Shown here piece by piece: positions 20,851-21,579 of a DNA stretch of 21,579 nt. How positions within the stretch are numbered: the stretch's first letter is position 1; every line of letters starts with the position of its first letter. Both the position numbers and the translations under genes were made by a program. The notes under the pieces were generated by a model that saw only the letters and a list, made by a program, of their open reading frames with translations, searched no databases and was not told the DNA's origin. Source of the DNA: Octopus sinensis (lineage: Eukaryota); NCBI RefSeq assembly GCF_006345805.1, contig NW_021823717.1, positions 1 through 21,579 on the forward strand. The letters run 5' to 3'.

Positions 20851-21355
20851 GTACGTTCACGTGTGTGTTCGTGAGTATATATGTGTGTGTGTGTGTGTAC
20901 ATTTATGCAAACATATCTGTGTATTTGTCAGTTGCAATAAGAGTGCGTATATGTGTGTCCCTTAACAAGTTGTGTATGTGAATGTATGTGCGTATGTTCA
21001 TTGTGTGTGTGTGTTCGTGAGTATATGTATGAAGTGGAGCCTACGTTCATGTGTGTGTTCGTGATATATGTGTGTGTGTGTGTACATTTATGCAAACGTA
21101 TCTGTGTATTTGTCAGTTGCAATAAGAGTGCGTATGTGTGTGTCCCTTTACAAGTGTGTGTATGTGAATGTATGTGCGTATGTTCATGTGTGTGTGTGTT
21201 CGTGAGTATATGTATGAAGTGGAGCCGTACGTTCATGTGTGTGTTCGTGAGTATATGTGTGTGTGTGTGTACATTTATGCAAACGTATCTGTGTATTTGT
21301 CAGTTGCAATAAGAGTGCGTATGTGTGTGTGTCCCTTTACAAGTGTGTGTATGTG
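20850..21355. repeat. ~186 bp tandem minisatellite, about 2.7 copies
   Basis: GTACATTTATGCAAAC at 20897, 21082 and 21269 (periods 185 and 187); cagttgcaataagagtgcg and gaagtggagcc recur with the same period. Confidence 0.92.
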
Positions 21356-21439
21356 TCTGTGCGTGTGAAAATATCTTTGTGCAGACTTGTCTCATACAGT
21401 AAGTGTACGTGTGTATATGCTTGCGTGATAGTGTATGCG

Positions 21440-21448
21440 TACGTGTGG

Positions 21449-21511
<63 letters not shown>
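21440..21511. repeat. (GT)n microsatellite
   Basis: Direct inspection. Confidence 0.97.
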
Positions 21512-21513
<2 letters not shown>

Positions 21514-21553
21514 AATGCTTGACTTTGAAATTGTAGGAATGTGTTTGCTTGAA

Positions 21554-21579
21554 GGCGGCGAGCCGTATTTCGTCTGCCG
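21554..21579 (+). mobile_element. Start of another major-family SINE copy (runs off the window)
   Basis: ggcggcgagc joined directly to cgtatttcgtctgccg; the head is internally deleted at an AGC microhomology. Confidence 0.7.

Noticed and set aside
20154-21514. CVCV/HTHT ORFs that look metallothionein-like
   Set aside because: (GT)n/(GTAT)n repeat translations

Overview
AT-rich, repeat-dominated eukaryotic DNA, mostly intronic or intergenic. The dominant SINE family and the extreme microsatellite load suggest an octopus or other coleoid cephalopod; this is recalled similarity, not a search result. About 45-50% is microsatellite or low-complexity sequence (rough estimate), which explains most ORF-track entries. 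Supported elements: about nine copies or fragments of one tRNA-headed SINE family (monomer, dimer, trimer), three other SINE-type elements, a decayed ~1.27 kb Tc1 transposon with both TIRs, a mariner transposase fragment, an apparently complete 866 bp non-autonomous Helitron, a 219 bp MITE, several long palindromes and a ~186 bp minisatellite. No complete gene, rRNA, real tRNA or CRISPR array is present, and I found no convincing novel biological system. The best host-gene signal is a candidate 96 bp exon (8843-8938, +) resembling the signature/Walker B region of an ABCG-type transporter with degenerate motifs. The most interesting items are a template-switch palindrome inside the Tc1, a 72 bp foldback, fixed-junction SINE multimers and many potential dsRNA stems.
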